Assembly: GCA_903825415.1 (NCBI GenBank)
Contig: CAIKAN010000028.1
Location: forward strand, 3,474 to 67,473
Origin: an uncultured bacterium
GTDB lineage: Bacteria > Patescibacteriota > Minisyncoccia > Phycocordibacterales > PALSA-1337
Length of the DNA stretch: 64,000 nt
Direction: 5' to 3'
Positions 26,879 to 36,304 of the stretch are shown in pieces (position 1 is the stretch's first letter; each line of letters begins with the position of its first letter). The position numbers and the translations under genes are program-made. The notes under the pieces are model-generated. The model was not told where the DNA came from and made no database searches. It saw nothing but the letters and a program-made list of their open reading frames with translations.

Positions 26879-27296
26879 GATAATCATCTTCGCCTTTCTT
26901 GTGGCGCTCATCGGCTTTTGCGATGCCACATATCTCTCCATCGAGCATTTCCGGGGAGTGGTTCCGCCTTGCTCCATTACTGCAGGCTGTGAAAAAGTCT
27001 TAACCAGCTCATATGCAGTTGTCGCAGGTATTCCTGTTTCGCTGGCCGGGTCTTTTTATTATCTTGTTGTTCTTATCGGGCTCCTTGCTTATTTGGAAAG
27101 CGGCAATCTCAAGATACTCAAACAGACTCTATTTTTGACCTTCTTGGGATTGTTGGCTTCTCTCGGCTTCATCTATGTTCAAGTGTTCATAATCGGCTCA
27201 TATTGTTTATATTGCATGGGCTCGGCCATCACATCTACGATCCTATTCGTTACAGCGGTGGGTATTATCAATAGTCAGCCTCATTTCCATGAATGA
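26826..27296 (+). CDS. vitamin K epoxide reductase (VKOR) family protein
   Basis: CSITAGCEKVLTSSYA and YCLYC; follows dsbA. Confidence 0.9.
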   Translation: MTNLKPLLTRPLRPVSNKIIIFAFLVALIGFCDATYLSIEHFRGVVPPCSITAGCEKVLTSSYAVVAGIPVSLAGSFYYLVVLIGLLAYLESGNLKILKQTLFLTFLGLLASLGFIYVQVFIIGSYCLYCMGSAITSTILFVTAVGIINSQPHFHE

Positions 27297-27434
27297 TCGG
27301 GTGTTCATGCGTGCATCGATTGAATTTTCAATTTACAAATTCCAATTTTCAATCAATTTCCAATATTCAAATTTTCAAATAGAAACATGCAATAATTATT
27401 GTCATATTTACAAGTCTTAGATTAATAATGAAAT

Positions 27435-28457
27435 ATGGAAATCTTGATCACAAAACCTAGCGCCGATTATGAGCTTCTAGATTCTGGAGAAGGGGAGAAA
27501 CTGGAACGATTCGGTGAGATAATATTGGCGCGACCAGATCCTCAAGCTCTCTGGAGAAAGAACGATCCTGCTTCTTGGAAAAAGGCGGGAGGGACATTCT
27601 CGCGCGACGGGAAAGGCGGAGATTGGTCTATGAAGAAGGATACGCCCGACAAATGGCAGATCGATCTGGCGGGACTGAAGTTCGTGATCAAACCGACGGC
27701 TTTCAAGCATGTGGGGGTGTTTCCCGAGCAGGCGGGGAATTGGGAGTGGGTTGAAGAGAAAATTTCAAAATCCAAAATCCAAATTTCAAATCAAATCCAA
27801 AATCCAAATGACGAATCGCGTCAGCCGCGACCGTCGCAGGCGGCGACAAGTGGCGACTTTGGCGGAGCGCAGCGGAGCCAAACGAAGGCACTTCGTCGCG
27901 CCGAGGAGGGAGCGGGGTACGAAGCAAACGATGAGATTGAAGTGCTTAATTTGTTCGGTTACACAGGCGGGGCGACTCTTGCTTGCGCAAAAGCTGGAGC
28001 CAAGGTAGTGCATGTCGATGGATCGAAATCAGCGATCGCTTGGGCCAGAGAGAATGCCGAGCTTTCAGGCTTAAAAGACAAGCCGGTGCGTTGGATCCTG
28101 GAAGATGCGCGCTCTTTCGTGAAGAGGGAATTGAAGCGCGGAAGGAAGTATGCTGGCATCATCATGGATCCTCCTGCCTTCGGCCATGGTCCGGACAATG
28201 AGCTGTGGAAGATTGAGGATGATTTCCTCCCTCTCATCGATGATTGCATGAAGCTCCTTTCGGATGCGCCGCTCTTCTTCATCATCAATGGGTATTCTGC
28301 TGGCTATTCCGCCATTGCTTATGAAAATAATTTGAAACCTTTACAGGAAAGATATGGGGGAGATATCGAGATGGGTGAGTTGGCTATTCAGGAATCCAAG
28401 ACCGATAGGCTCTTGCCTTGTGGGATATTCGCGAGATGGAGCGCAAAGAATAATTAG
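27435..28457 (+). CDS. class I SAM-dependent methyltransferase (RlmI/RlmK-like) with an in-frame repeat insertion
   Basis: FKHVGVFPEQ, VLNLFGYTGG, IIMDPPAF. Confidence 0.9.
   Translation: MEILITKPSADYELLDSGEGEKLERFGEIILARPDPQALWRKNDPASWKKAGGTFSRDGKGGDWSMKKDTPDKWQIDLAGLKFVIKPTAFKHVGVFPEQAGNWEWVEEKISKSKIQISNQIQNPNDESRQPRPSQAATSGDFGGAQRSQTKALRRAEEGAGYEANDEIEVLNLFGYTGGATLACAKAGAKVVHVDGSKSAIAWARENAELSGLKDKPVRWILEDARSFVKRELKRGRKYAGIIMDPPAFGHGPDNELWKIEDDFLPLIDDCMKLLSDAPLFFIINGYSAGYSAIAYENNLKPLQERYGGDIEMGELAIQESKTDRLLPCGIFARWSAKNN
27806..27918 (+). repeat. repeat family B (~110 bp), inserted in-frame in the methyltransferase
   Basis: Reverse complement of 53442-53550 and 54983-55104. Confidence 0.9.
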
Positions 28458-28555
28458 AAAGGCATATTACGATGCCGTTAGAGAGTTTGGTGGGCATATC
28501 GCCTAATCACCAAAGTCGAATTTAGCAAGTCTCAGTTTTATGCTATGCTCATCCC

Positions 28556-29383
28556 ATGTCTGCCTTGATCATCGATGGCAAGAAGGCTCGAGAAGCTCTG
28601 CTCCTAGAGTTTGAGAAAAAGATAAAGGCCCTTTCTCGCGTGCCGACTTTGGCTATCATACAGGTAGGAGATCGCCCGGATTCTTCTTCATTCATTCGGG
28701 CCAAGAAATCATTTGCCAAGAAGATAGGCGTGAATGAAAGGCATATCCAATTACTGGAGAATGTTTCCCAGGAAGAGTTGATCGCTGAAATTGAGAAGTG
28801 CAATACCGATGAAGCCATTCAAGGAATAATCTTACAATTGCCTATACCGGATCATTTGAATAAAAGGGCTGCCATCGATTCCATTGATCCCAAGAAAGAT
28901 GTAGATGCTCTGACTTCCAAGAGTGTGGCGTTATGGACGGCTGGGAAAGGTATATTACCGGCTACCGCCAGAGGTATCCGCGAATTATTGAGATTTTACA
29001 AGATCGATTTGGAAGGGAAGGAGGTGACAGTTGTAGGGCGTTCTGAATTAGTAGGCACTCCCATAGCGGTGATGTGCAGGAATGAGGGAGCGATTGTGAC
29101 GGTCTGTCATAGCAAGACGGTTTCTTTATCAGAAGGGACTAGGCCGGCTGATATCTTGATCGTGGCGGTTGGAAAGCCGAAACTTATCGGCTTAGAACAT
29201 GTGAATAGCGGGCAAATCGTGATAGATGTGGGAATCTCTCGTATCGGGGAGGGAACATTGGCAGGCGATGTAGATTTTGAATCCGTGAAGGATGTGGTGG
29301 CGGCTATCTCTCCTGTACCAGGAGGAGTCGGGCCTATGACAGTCTTTGGATTATTCGAAAATCTGGTTGACTTGTCAAAATAA
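28556..29383 (+). CDS. folD: methylenetetrahydrofolate dehydrogenase/cyclohydrolase
   Basis: IDPKKDVD, VGRSELVGTP, SPVPGGVGPMTV. Confidence 0.95.
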   Translation: MSALIIDGKKAREALLLEFEKKIKALSRVPTLAIIQVGDRPDSSSFIRAKKSFAKKIGVNERHIQLLENVSQEELIAEIEKCNTDEAIQGIILQLPIPDHLNKRAAIDSIDPKKDVDALTSKSVALWTAGKGILPATARGIRELLRFYKIDLEGKEVTVVGRSELVGTPIAVMCRNEGAIVTVCHSKTVSLSEGTRPADILIVAVGKPKLIGLEHVNSGQIVIDVGISRIGEGTLAGDVDFESVKDVVAAISPVPGGVGPMTVFGLFENLVDLSK

Positions 29384-29850
29384 CCATCTTTGTGATAGGG
29401 TATCTCTCGGACATAGATCGCTCTCCTAGGTATAGCATCCGGCACAATGAATCCATGCAAGTCCTCTCGGATGCGTATCTCATGTTCGGTGCGAGGCAAC
29501 TCGCCTTCCCTTGCTCCGACAGATCATGGCCAAAGCCGGCACTGCCCTCGGGTGCCGGCCTTTTTTCTTGCATACTAATAGCGCTTATTGTAGAGTTGCC
29601 ATGAATCCCTTGTCCCACCTTATCCTGCATGTAAGCATTTGCACCTACATTTGCTGACCGTCTTCGTTTCGGGCTGAATAACCAGAGTTACCACTGCTCT
29701 ACTCGACACTAGAAATGTGTCGCCCACAGTCATTATCTCCAACAAAAAGAGCTTCACGGGGATCATCCGACACCTAGGTGGGTGTCGGATTTTTCATTCA
29801 TAGCCTCGCATGCTAGTATTAGTCCATTACCATTATTGCTAATAAATATC

Positions 29851-30639
29851 ATGAATATCCAAGAAAAATTCTGGAAATCAGCTTCGCTAGCATGTCTACT
29901 TTTGGTTATATTCCTCGCAGTCATATCTATCAAAGAGTTGAAATCTATAGGCTATGTCGGCAAGAATCTTCAGACAACGAATACCATTTCAGTCGAGGGG
30001 ACTGGCGACGCCGTGACTATCCCCGATATCGCCACTTTCTCATTCATGGTGACCGAGACGGCGAAGACTGTCGCTGACGCTCAGACTCAGGCTACTGCCA
30101 AGATCGATAATGCCCTCAAGGCCGTCAAAGATGCTGGCGTCGATGATAAGGATATCCAGACTATCTCTTACAATATCAATCCTCACTATGAATATCAGGG
30201 GGTGGCATGCAGTACGAATTATTGCCCTCAGGACAAACAAGTTCTAACTGGTTATGATGTGAGCGAGAGCATCCAGGTCAAGGTGAGGGATCTAGCCAAG
30301 GCTGGGACCATATTCAGCTCAATCGGTTCTATCGGGGTTCAGAATGTAAATGGCTTGAATTTCTCAGTGGACAAGCCAGATGCAGTTCAAGCAGAAGCGC
30401 GCGCCAAGGCGATCGCTAACGCTCAAGCCAAGGCTGATAAGCTCGCTGATCAATTGGGGGTATCGTTAGTCAGGATCACTAGCTTCAATGAATCTACAGG
30501 CGGACGTCCTGGAGTCACATATGGAATGGCATATTCTTCTGCAAGAGCGATGGATTCTGTCGTTGTCCCAGCACCGGCCATTCCGACAGGGGAACAGAAG
30601 GTTACTAGTGATGTGACGATAACGTATGAAATTAAATAG
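29851..30639 (+). CDS. SIMPL (DUF541) domain protein
   Basis: TISVEGTG...PDIA, AIANAQAKA, VTITYEIK. Confidence 0.9.
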   Translation: MNIQEKFWKSASLACLLLVIFLAVISIKELKSIGYVGKNLQTTNTISVEGTGDAVTIPDIATFSFMVTETAKTVADAQTQATAKIDNALKAVKDAGVDDKDIQTISYNINPHYEYQGVACSTNYCPQDKQVLTGYDVSESIQVKVRDLAKAGTIFSSIGSIGVQNVNGLNFSVDKPDAVQAEARAKAIANAQAKADKLADQLGVSLVRITSFNESTGGRPGVTYGMAYSSARAMDSVVVPAPAIPTGEQKVTSDVTITYEIK

Positions 30640-30721
30640 GTATAAAGATCTTGTCTAGGATAAAAAAACCAGAGGCATGCCCCTGGTGTTCTTGCGGATC
30701 ATGATAGACCTTCGGTGTTCA

Positions 30722-31039
30722 TTATGCCGGTCTGCTTTGCTTGCCGCAACTTGGACAAGTGTAGACCAACTTCTGACCGCAGTCCGTAGCGGTCATCCGA
30801 GAATGATCTCTGTACAAGCTGGTCGAGCAATCTGAACAATAGCCGTAGTTTCTGGGTAGTTGGTGATACTCGACCAAAGGAACTTGTACGGATTTCTCAG
30901 CGATTGGCTGTGCAGGAGCGCTTTGACGTGCCCCATAAGCCTGAATGACTGACTGGAGGGTGCAGACGATAGGCTGGAATAATCCGTCGGTTAGATAGCC
31001 TATACGACAGCCTCTCGGGTCAACGATCTTTTGTATCAT
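30722..31039 (-). CDS. hypothetical protein with a possible zinc ribbon
   Basis: CSDC ... CPSC. Confidence 0.5.
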   Translation of the reverse strand: MIQKIVDPRGCRIGYLTDGLFQPIVCTLQSVIQAYGARQSAPAQPIAEKSVQVPLVEYHQLPRNYGYCSDCSTSLYRDHSRMTATDCGQKLVYTCPSCGKQSRPA

Positions 31040-31238
31040 AGTCTGTATTTAGTTTTGGTTTGCGCTGTACAAATCATCCAGCCTTTTGCTGGTAGATTCT
31101 GAATTGATACTACTTCTCGTGACCAATCTAGTCAAGAAAGATACCCCGCCTCATTTATTTGACTCCTGAATCTCCGTTATGGTAGGATACCCTTATCAAC
31201 TCCTGCCAGGGGTTTTTTAATACAAGAATACAAAAGCC

Positions 31239-31415
31239 ATGAAAATGACCGAATACATCAAGGAAACAAGATCAGAGATGAGCCATGTCAATTGGCCGAG
31301 CCGCGAACAGACCATCCGATATACAGTCTTGGTCATCGTCACGTCTATCGCTACCGCCGCTTTGCTTGGGGTGGCTGACCTCGTGTTCTCCAAGCTCTTG
31401 ACTCTGCTATTTTAA
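31239..31415 (+). CDS. secE: preprotein translocase subunit SecE (not in the ORF track)
   Basis: MKMTEYIKETRSEMSHVNWPSREQTIRYTVLVI...; directly upstream of nusG. Confidence 0.93.
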   Translation: MKMTEYIKETRSEMSHVNWPSREQTIRYTVLVIVTSIATAALLGVADLVFSKLLTLLF

Positions 31416-31427
31416 ACTTAAATCAAC

Positions 31428-31973
31428 GTGTCAAAACAAATCACAACCGGTGAGCGAGCGTGGTATGCCATTCATACCTATTCAGGCTATGAGAATGCCG
31501 TTGCTCGCAACTTGAAACAGCGCATCGAGTCTCTCGGCATGGAGGACAAGATATTCAACGTGATCGTACCGACCGAGAAGAAGATCAAGATCAAGGGCAG
31601 CAAGAGGGTGGAGGAGGAAGAGAAGATTTATCCCGGCTATGTCCTCGTAGAGATGATAGTCACGGACGATTCATGGTATATCGTGCGCAATACTCCTCGC
31701 GTTACCGGCTTCGTCGGTTCAGGGGTCTTCCCAGTACCTCTCGACAAGGCAGAGATCGATTCTCTCTTCGCTAGGATGTCCAAGAGCGATACCGAGCACA
31801 CGATCGACCTTTTGCCAGAAGATCTGGTCAAGATCGTGGATGGCCCATTCAAGGACTTCGAAGGCAAGGTTTCGGAGATAGACAATCAGAGGGGCAAGAT
31901 CAAGGTTCTAGTGTCTATGTTCGGTCGCGAGACTCCGGTCGAGCTTGACTTCTTGCAGGTCAAAAAGGTATAA
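31428..31973 (+). CDS. nusG: transcription termination/antitermination factor NusG
   Basis: WYAIHTYSGYE, VRNTPRVTGFVG, MFGRETPVEL. Confidence 0.98.
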   Translation: MSKQITTGERAWYAIHTYSGYENAVARNLKQRIESLGMEDKIFNVIVPTEKKIKIKGSKRVEEEEKIYPGYVLVEMIVTDDSWYIVRNTPRVTGFVGSGVFPVPLDKAEIDSLFARMSKSDTEHTIDLLPEDLVKIVDGPFKDFEGKVSEIDNQRGKIKVLVSMFGRETPVELDFLQVKKV

Positions 31974-31984
31974 GGAGTAATAAT

Positions 31985-32103
31985 GTCAAAATCCAAATTT
32001 CAAATGCCAAATCAAATCCAAAGCTCAAAATCCAAATTAACCCATGTGTTTTTTGACATTTGGGTTTTGGATTTGATTTGACATTTGGATTTTGAGCTTT
32101 GAA
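31985..32103. repeat. inverted array of CAAA(A/T)TC-like heptamers
   Basis: tcaaaatccaaatttcaaatgccaaatcaaatcc ... ggatttgatttgacatttggattttga. Confidence 0.75.
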
Positions 32104-32129
32104 ATTTATTGTTAAAAATAGTAACTACC

Positions 32130-32552
32130 ATGGCAAAAAAGATAATCAAAACTGTAAAAGTCCTCGCCCCAGCCGGTAAAGCTACTCCAGCGCCTCCGCT
32201 CGGACCTACTCTCGGTCAGGCTGGCGTCAATATCGGTGATTTCACCAAGAAGTTCAATGATGCCACAAAAGACAAGATCGGAGATATGATCCCTGTGGTC
32301 ATCAATGTCTATGAAGACAGGACTTACGATTTTATTCTCAAGACCCCTCCGGCTTCTAGCCTTATCCTAAAAGCTATCAAGAAAGACAAAGGTTCAGGCA
32401 AGCCTAATACCAGCAAAGTCGGCACGATCACCAAAGCTCAGATCAAGGAAATCGCTGAGAAGAAGATGCAGGACCTCAATGCCAACGATATAGAAGCTGC
32501 CATGAAGATCATCGCGGGAACGGCTAGGCAGATGGGGGTGGAAGTCAAATAA
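32130..32552 (+). CDS. rplK: 50S ribosomal protein L11
   Basis: [24 protein letters not shown]. Confidence 0.98.
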   Translation: MAKKIIKTVKVLAPAGKATPAPPLGPTLGQAGVNIGDFTKKFNDATKDKIGDMIPVVINVYEDRTYDFILKTPPASSLILKAIKKDKGSGKPNTSKVGTITKAQIKEIAEKKMQDLNANDIEAAMKIIAGTARQMGVEVK

Positions 32553-32653
32553 AAAGTCAAAAGTTAAAAGGCAAAAGTAAACAAAAATACCGTCGCATGA
32601 GTGGCGGTATTTTTGTATGATATAATGACTGTATTACAATTAAATTAACTAAC

Positions 32654-32863
32654 ATGGATTCATCTGAATTAGGCGTTGAAAAAGTTATTGTCGATATCGA
32701 ATTTACAGCGTTGGATGGGCGAGTAGAGTGGCACAAGAAATATGCAGATGGATCGCAGGGGCCGGATGTGGCAGCAGAGGTAGACACTGATGATAGGAAT
32801 AATATTTTGAGATTGATAGAACGATTGCGCAAAGAGAATAACTTAGAACAACCACCAGAATAG
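32654..32863 (+). CDS. hypothetical protein
   Basis: 69 aa ORF with TGATATAAT -10 upstream. Confidence 0.5.
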   Translation: MDSSELGVEKVIVDIEFTALDGRVEWHKKYADGSQGPDVAAEVDTDDRNNILRLIERLRKENNLEQPPE

Positions 32864-32903
32864 ATTCAAGGTATGTATATCAGCCCTTGCTAATATATTT
32901 CGG

Positions 32904-33401
32904 TCAGCGAATGACTGTGTATTCAGTGAGCAAAGAACCGTTTTCTGTCCTTGTAGAATCTATCAACTGCAGCTTGAAATCCAACTCTTCTTTGAAAAGC
33001 TTGATCCCATCGCCGAAAACAATCGGTTCTATCGTCAGATAGAGGGTATCTACCAAACCAGATTTCATGAACATGGTATAGATCTGCGAACCGCCGCAGA
33101 TGGCGACCTCTTTGAATCCTCGAGATTCTAATTCTTGCAATAATTCTGCAGGGCTTTTCATGGTCGTTTCCATGCCTTGGACGGGAGGAAGAGGGGTAGG
33201 GGAATATACGATGTTTAAGCGGTCTTTTAATGGCTTGCCTAAGGTCTTCCAGGTATTAAGACCCATGATCATGACTCCTGCGCGCTTGGTGATCTCGACA
33301 AAGCGCTTCTTGTCCTCCTTGCTGGTCCACATGGCGGCATGAGAAGAGTTGCGGCCTATGTAGCCGTCAGTAGTCAGGGCGGAGATGATGAAACATTTCA
33401 T
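32904..33401 (-). CDS. folA: dihydrofolate reductase
   Basis: IMGLNTW, KPLKDRLNIV, ICGGSQIY. Confidence 0.9.
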   Translation of the reverse strand: MKCFIISALTTDGYIGRNSSHAAMWTSKEDKKRFVEITKRAGVMIMGLNTWKTLGKPLKDRLNIVYSPTPLPPVQGMETTMKSPAELLQELESRGFKEVAICGGSQIYTMFMKSGLVDTLYLTIEPIVFGDGIKLFKEELDFKLQLIDSTRTENGSLLTEYTVIR

Positions 33402-33464
33402 AGGAGATTAAAAATTATTGTCTGTCACTCTTTCATTTTAGCAGCTACGCGATATACTACAAGC

Positions 33465-34142
33465 ATGTCTCATTCATACGAAGTAGAAATTAAGAGCCTC
33501 TTGGGATCAAAAGAGAATGCAGATGCATTGATAGACAGTCTGAAGAAGCACGACAAAGGCTTGAAGCTTGCCGGACAAGGCAAGCAGCTCAATCATTACT
33601 TCAACTATCCTGAAGGAGCAGATCTGTATTCGGCTTTGAAAGGCAATATCTCAAAAGAAAAGCTTCCTGCCTTTGAACGCATCCTCAAAGAAGGCAAGAA
33701 GCTCTCTGTCCGTACCCGCGATGCCGATGGCAAGGTCATTTTCGTAGTCAAAGCCTCGGTGGGTGATGATACCAGTTCCAATGGCGTGAAGAGGATAGAA
33801 TTCGAAGAGACTGTGAAGATGTTTCTCAAGGAATTAGATGTTCTACTTCTCAAAGCGGGTCTCACTTATCAGGCAAAATGGTCTAGGGAAAGGCAGGAGT
33901 ATGTGAGCAAGGATACGCATATCTGTCTGGACAAGAATGCCGGCTATGGATATCTGGCGGAATTTGAGAAAGTTACGGATGATGAATCGTCTTTGGAGAA
34001 TGTCCGTAAAGAGCTTCTGGCTTTCATGAAAGAGATGGGCGTAGAAGAATTGCCGCAAGACCGTTTGGAGAGGATGTTCGCTTTTTACAATGCCAACTGG
34101 CCCAAATATTACGGGACTGATAATATATTCACAATTAAATAA
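33465..34142 (+). CDS. CYTH-domain protein
   Basis: YEVEIK N-terminal motif; GYLAEFE. Confidence 0.75.
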   Translation: MSHSYEVEIKSLLGSKENADALIDSLKKHDKGLKLAGQGKQLNHYFNYPEGADLYSALKGNISKEKLPAFERILKEGKKLSVRTRDADGKVIFVVKASVGDDTSSNGVKRIEFEETVKMFLKELDVLLLKAGLTYQAKWSRERQEYVSKDTHICLDKNAGYGYLAEFEKVTDDESSLENVRKELLAFMKEMGVEELPQDRLERMFAFYNANWPKYYGTDNIFTIK

Positions 34143-34151
34143 TTCAATACC

Positions 34152-34733
34152 ATGTATCTATCCGATTTCGATATCAAGAAAGCGTTGAAGGCAGGCGATA
34201 TAATCATCCGGGATTTTGATAAGGATAGACTGGGCACAGTCAGCTACGACATTCTTCTAGGTAATAAATTCTTGATATCGACTACCCACGCCACCAAGCT
34301 CATCGATCCAGCCAACAAGCATTTCGGCAAATTACATGAAGTATCAGTAGATGATGGGGAAGAGTTCATTCTCCATCCGGGCGTCAGTCTTCTGGGAACC
34401 TCAAAGGATTACTTTGGCTCGAAGAAGTATCTAGTCCAGCTTCATGGCAAGAGCAGCTTGGCTCGTATTGGCCTTCTCGTCCACAATACTGCCGGACTCA
34501 TCAACCCGGGTCATTTCTTGAATATCACGCTCGAGCTGTGCAATTTGAATAGGGTACCCATAGTTTTGAGGCCTGGAATGGAGATCGGCCAGATCACATT
34601 CTGCCAGCTCACTTCGCCTGTGCAGACTGATTATGCGGAAATCGGCCGCTACTACAACAATGACTGGAATGGATTCATTCCTCCGAACAAGAAAAAGGCC
34701 AAAAAAGCGACCAAGAAGGCTTCAAAAAAGTAA
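34152..34733 (+). CDS. dcd: dCTP deaminase
   Basis: GKSSLARIGL, AGLINPG, ITLELCN. Confidence 0.9.
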   Translation: MYLSDFDIKKALKAGDIIIRDFDKDRLGTVSYDILLGNKFLISTTHATKLIDPANKHFGKLHEVSVDDGEEFILHPGVSLLGTSKDYFGSKKYLVQLHGKSSLARIGLLVHNTAGLINPGHFLNITLELCNLNRVPIVLRPGMEIGQITFCQLTSPVQTDYAEIGRYYNNDWNGFIPPNKKKAKKATKKASKK

Positions 34734-34751
34734 TTTCTAATAATAAATTTT

Positions 34752-35789
34752 ATGAAAAAGACAAAGCATCCAGAATATCAGTATCTCGATCTTTTGAAGG
34801 ATATCATGGAAAATGGCTTTGAGAAGAAAGAGTTCAATAGCGGGATCGCTATCAGGAGCGTCTTCGGTCGGACTATGCGCTTTGATCTTTCGAAGGGATT
34901 TCCTCTCCTCACGACCAAGAAGGTCTTCGTGAAGGGCATCATCCATGAATTGATCTGGTTCCTCCGAGGCTCGACGAATATAAAATATCTGGTAGATAAC
35001 GATGTCCACATCTGGGATGATTGGCCGTATAAGGAATACAAGAAGGCGGTGGAGAAGGGAGAGGCCCCTGCTATGACCATGGAAGAATTCATCGCCAAAA
35101 TGAAGGCTGACAAGCTGGATGGTGATTTCGTGAAGAAATGGGGAGAGCTCGGTCCAGTCTATGGTAGGCAGTGGAGGCGCTGGCCGGCTGCTGATGGGCG
35201 AGAGATCGATCAATTGGCATGGGCCATCGAGAAATCCAAGAAATATCCTGACAGGAAGCATGTGGTCATATCCGCTTGGAATCCGGAATATGTCTATGAA
35301 ATGGCCAAACCTGGCACTTCGATGGCTATACCTCCTTGTCATACGATGTTTAATCTGAATGTCACCAATGGCAAGCTATCTCTAGCTCTGTATCAGAGGA
35401 GCTGCGATACTTTCCTCGGCGTGCCATTCAATATCGCTTCATATTCTTTGTTGACCATGATCTTGGCGCAAGTCTGTGGATATAAGCCTGGAGAGTTCGT
35501 GCATTTCTTGGGAGATACTCATATCTACGGCAATCACTATGATCAGGTCAAGGAGCAGATGAAGAGGAAGCCTCGTCCTTTTCCTGTCATGAAGATCAAT
35601 CCGAATGTGAAGAATATCGATGATTTCAAGTATGAAGATTTCACGATCGAAGGATATGATCCGCATCCTCCTATAAAAGGGGAGATCACCGTCGTTGGTG
35701 GCTTCAATGAGAAAGACCGGAAAGATTTTACTTACAAAGGAAAAGGAGCCAAGAAGAAGGTTGTAATAAAGAAGGTCAAGTCTAAATAG
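34752..35789 (+). CDS. thyA: thymidylate synthase
   Basis: [34 protein letters not shown]. Confidence 0.97.
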   Translation: MKKTKHPEYQYLDLLKDIMENGFEKKEFNSGIAIRSVFGRTMRFDLSKGFPLLTTKKVFVKGIIHELIWFLRGSTNIKYLVDNDVHIWDDWPYKEYKKAVEKGEAPAMTMEEFIAKMKADKLDGDFVKKWGELGPVYGRQWRRWPAADGREIDQLAWAIEKSKKYPDRKHVVISAWNPEYVYEMAKPGTSMAIPPCHTMFNLNVTNGKLSLALYQRSCDTFLGVPFNIASYSLLTMILAQVCGYKPGEFVHFLGDTHIYGNHYDQVKEQMKRKPRPFPVMKINPNVKNIDDFKYEDFTIEGYDPHPPIKGEITVVGGFNEKDRKDFTYKGKGAKKKVVIKKVKSK

Positions 35790-35832
35790 AATAGAGCAGC
35801 TTTGATGATGAATTTCTAAACGGGCATAACCC

Positions 35833-35852
35833 TGTGGATAAACTGTTGATAA
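35833..35852. promoter_or_regulatory. two tandem DnaA boxes
   Basis: TGTGGATAA (35833-35841) and TGTTGATAA (35844-35852), reverse complements of TTATCCACA and TTATCAACA. Confidence 0.7.
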
Positions 35853-35899
35853 ACAGTTTATTTTAATTGACACTATTTTTTATAGGAGTACTCTTATAG

Positions 35900-36003
35900 T
35901 AGGTGACGATCGGTTCCTCATCCGTTAGATCTAACCTAGAGGAGGTTTGTTTGGTTGTTTAGGTTGACGGGCCGTCGGGCAGGCATGTTCGGCGGCCTTT
36001 TTT
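35900..36003 (+). ncRNA. candidate sRNA 1
   Basis: TTGACA at 35867 upstream, no ORF, terminator at 35970-36003. Confidence 0.45.
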
Positions 36004-36099
36004 GTTTCTCATGGTGATCGTACCGGATAGTTTTTGACTCAAATGAAGGTTAATTGGACATGTCTCATTGACAGCATTATTCCAAGGTGTACGATTGAA

Positions 36100-36205
36100 C
36101 TGGTTGGGGTTGGATAAATAGTGTTCCGACCCTGCGAGTGGTTGAAGTGTGTTGTTCGGTTACTGCTACTGCCGGACTTGGGTGGGTCCGGCGGTTTTTT
36201 ATTTT
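36100..36205 (+). ncRNA. candidate sRNA 2
   Basis: TTGACA at 36068 with TG-TACGAT, 5' hairpin, terminator at 36169-36200. Confidence 0.45.
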
Positions 36206-36304
36206 TCTAGACGCTTCCTGACTGGCTTGCGCGGTGGTACACTTAATTGGTCAATCTATTAATAATATAAATGGCGGAGAAAGCTTTTCATCGCCCAAAC
36301 TCTC

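Noticed and set aside
35820-35880. oriC call
   Set aside because: Only two clear DnaA boxes and no dnaA/dnaN nearby; insufficient evidence
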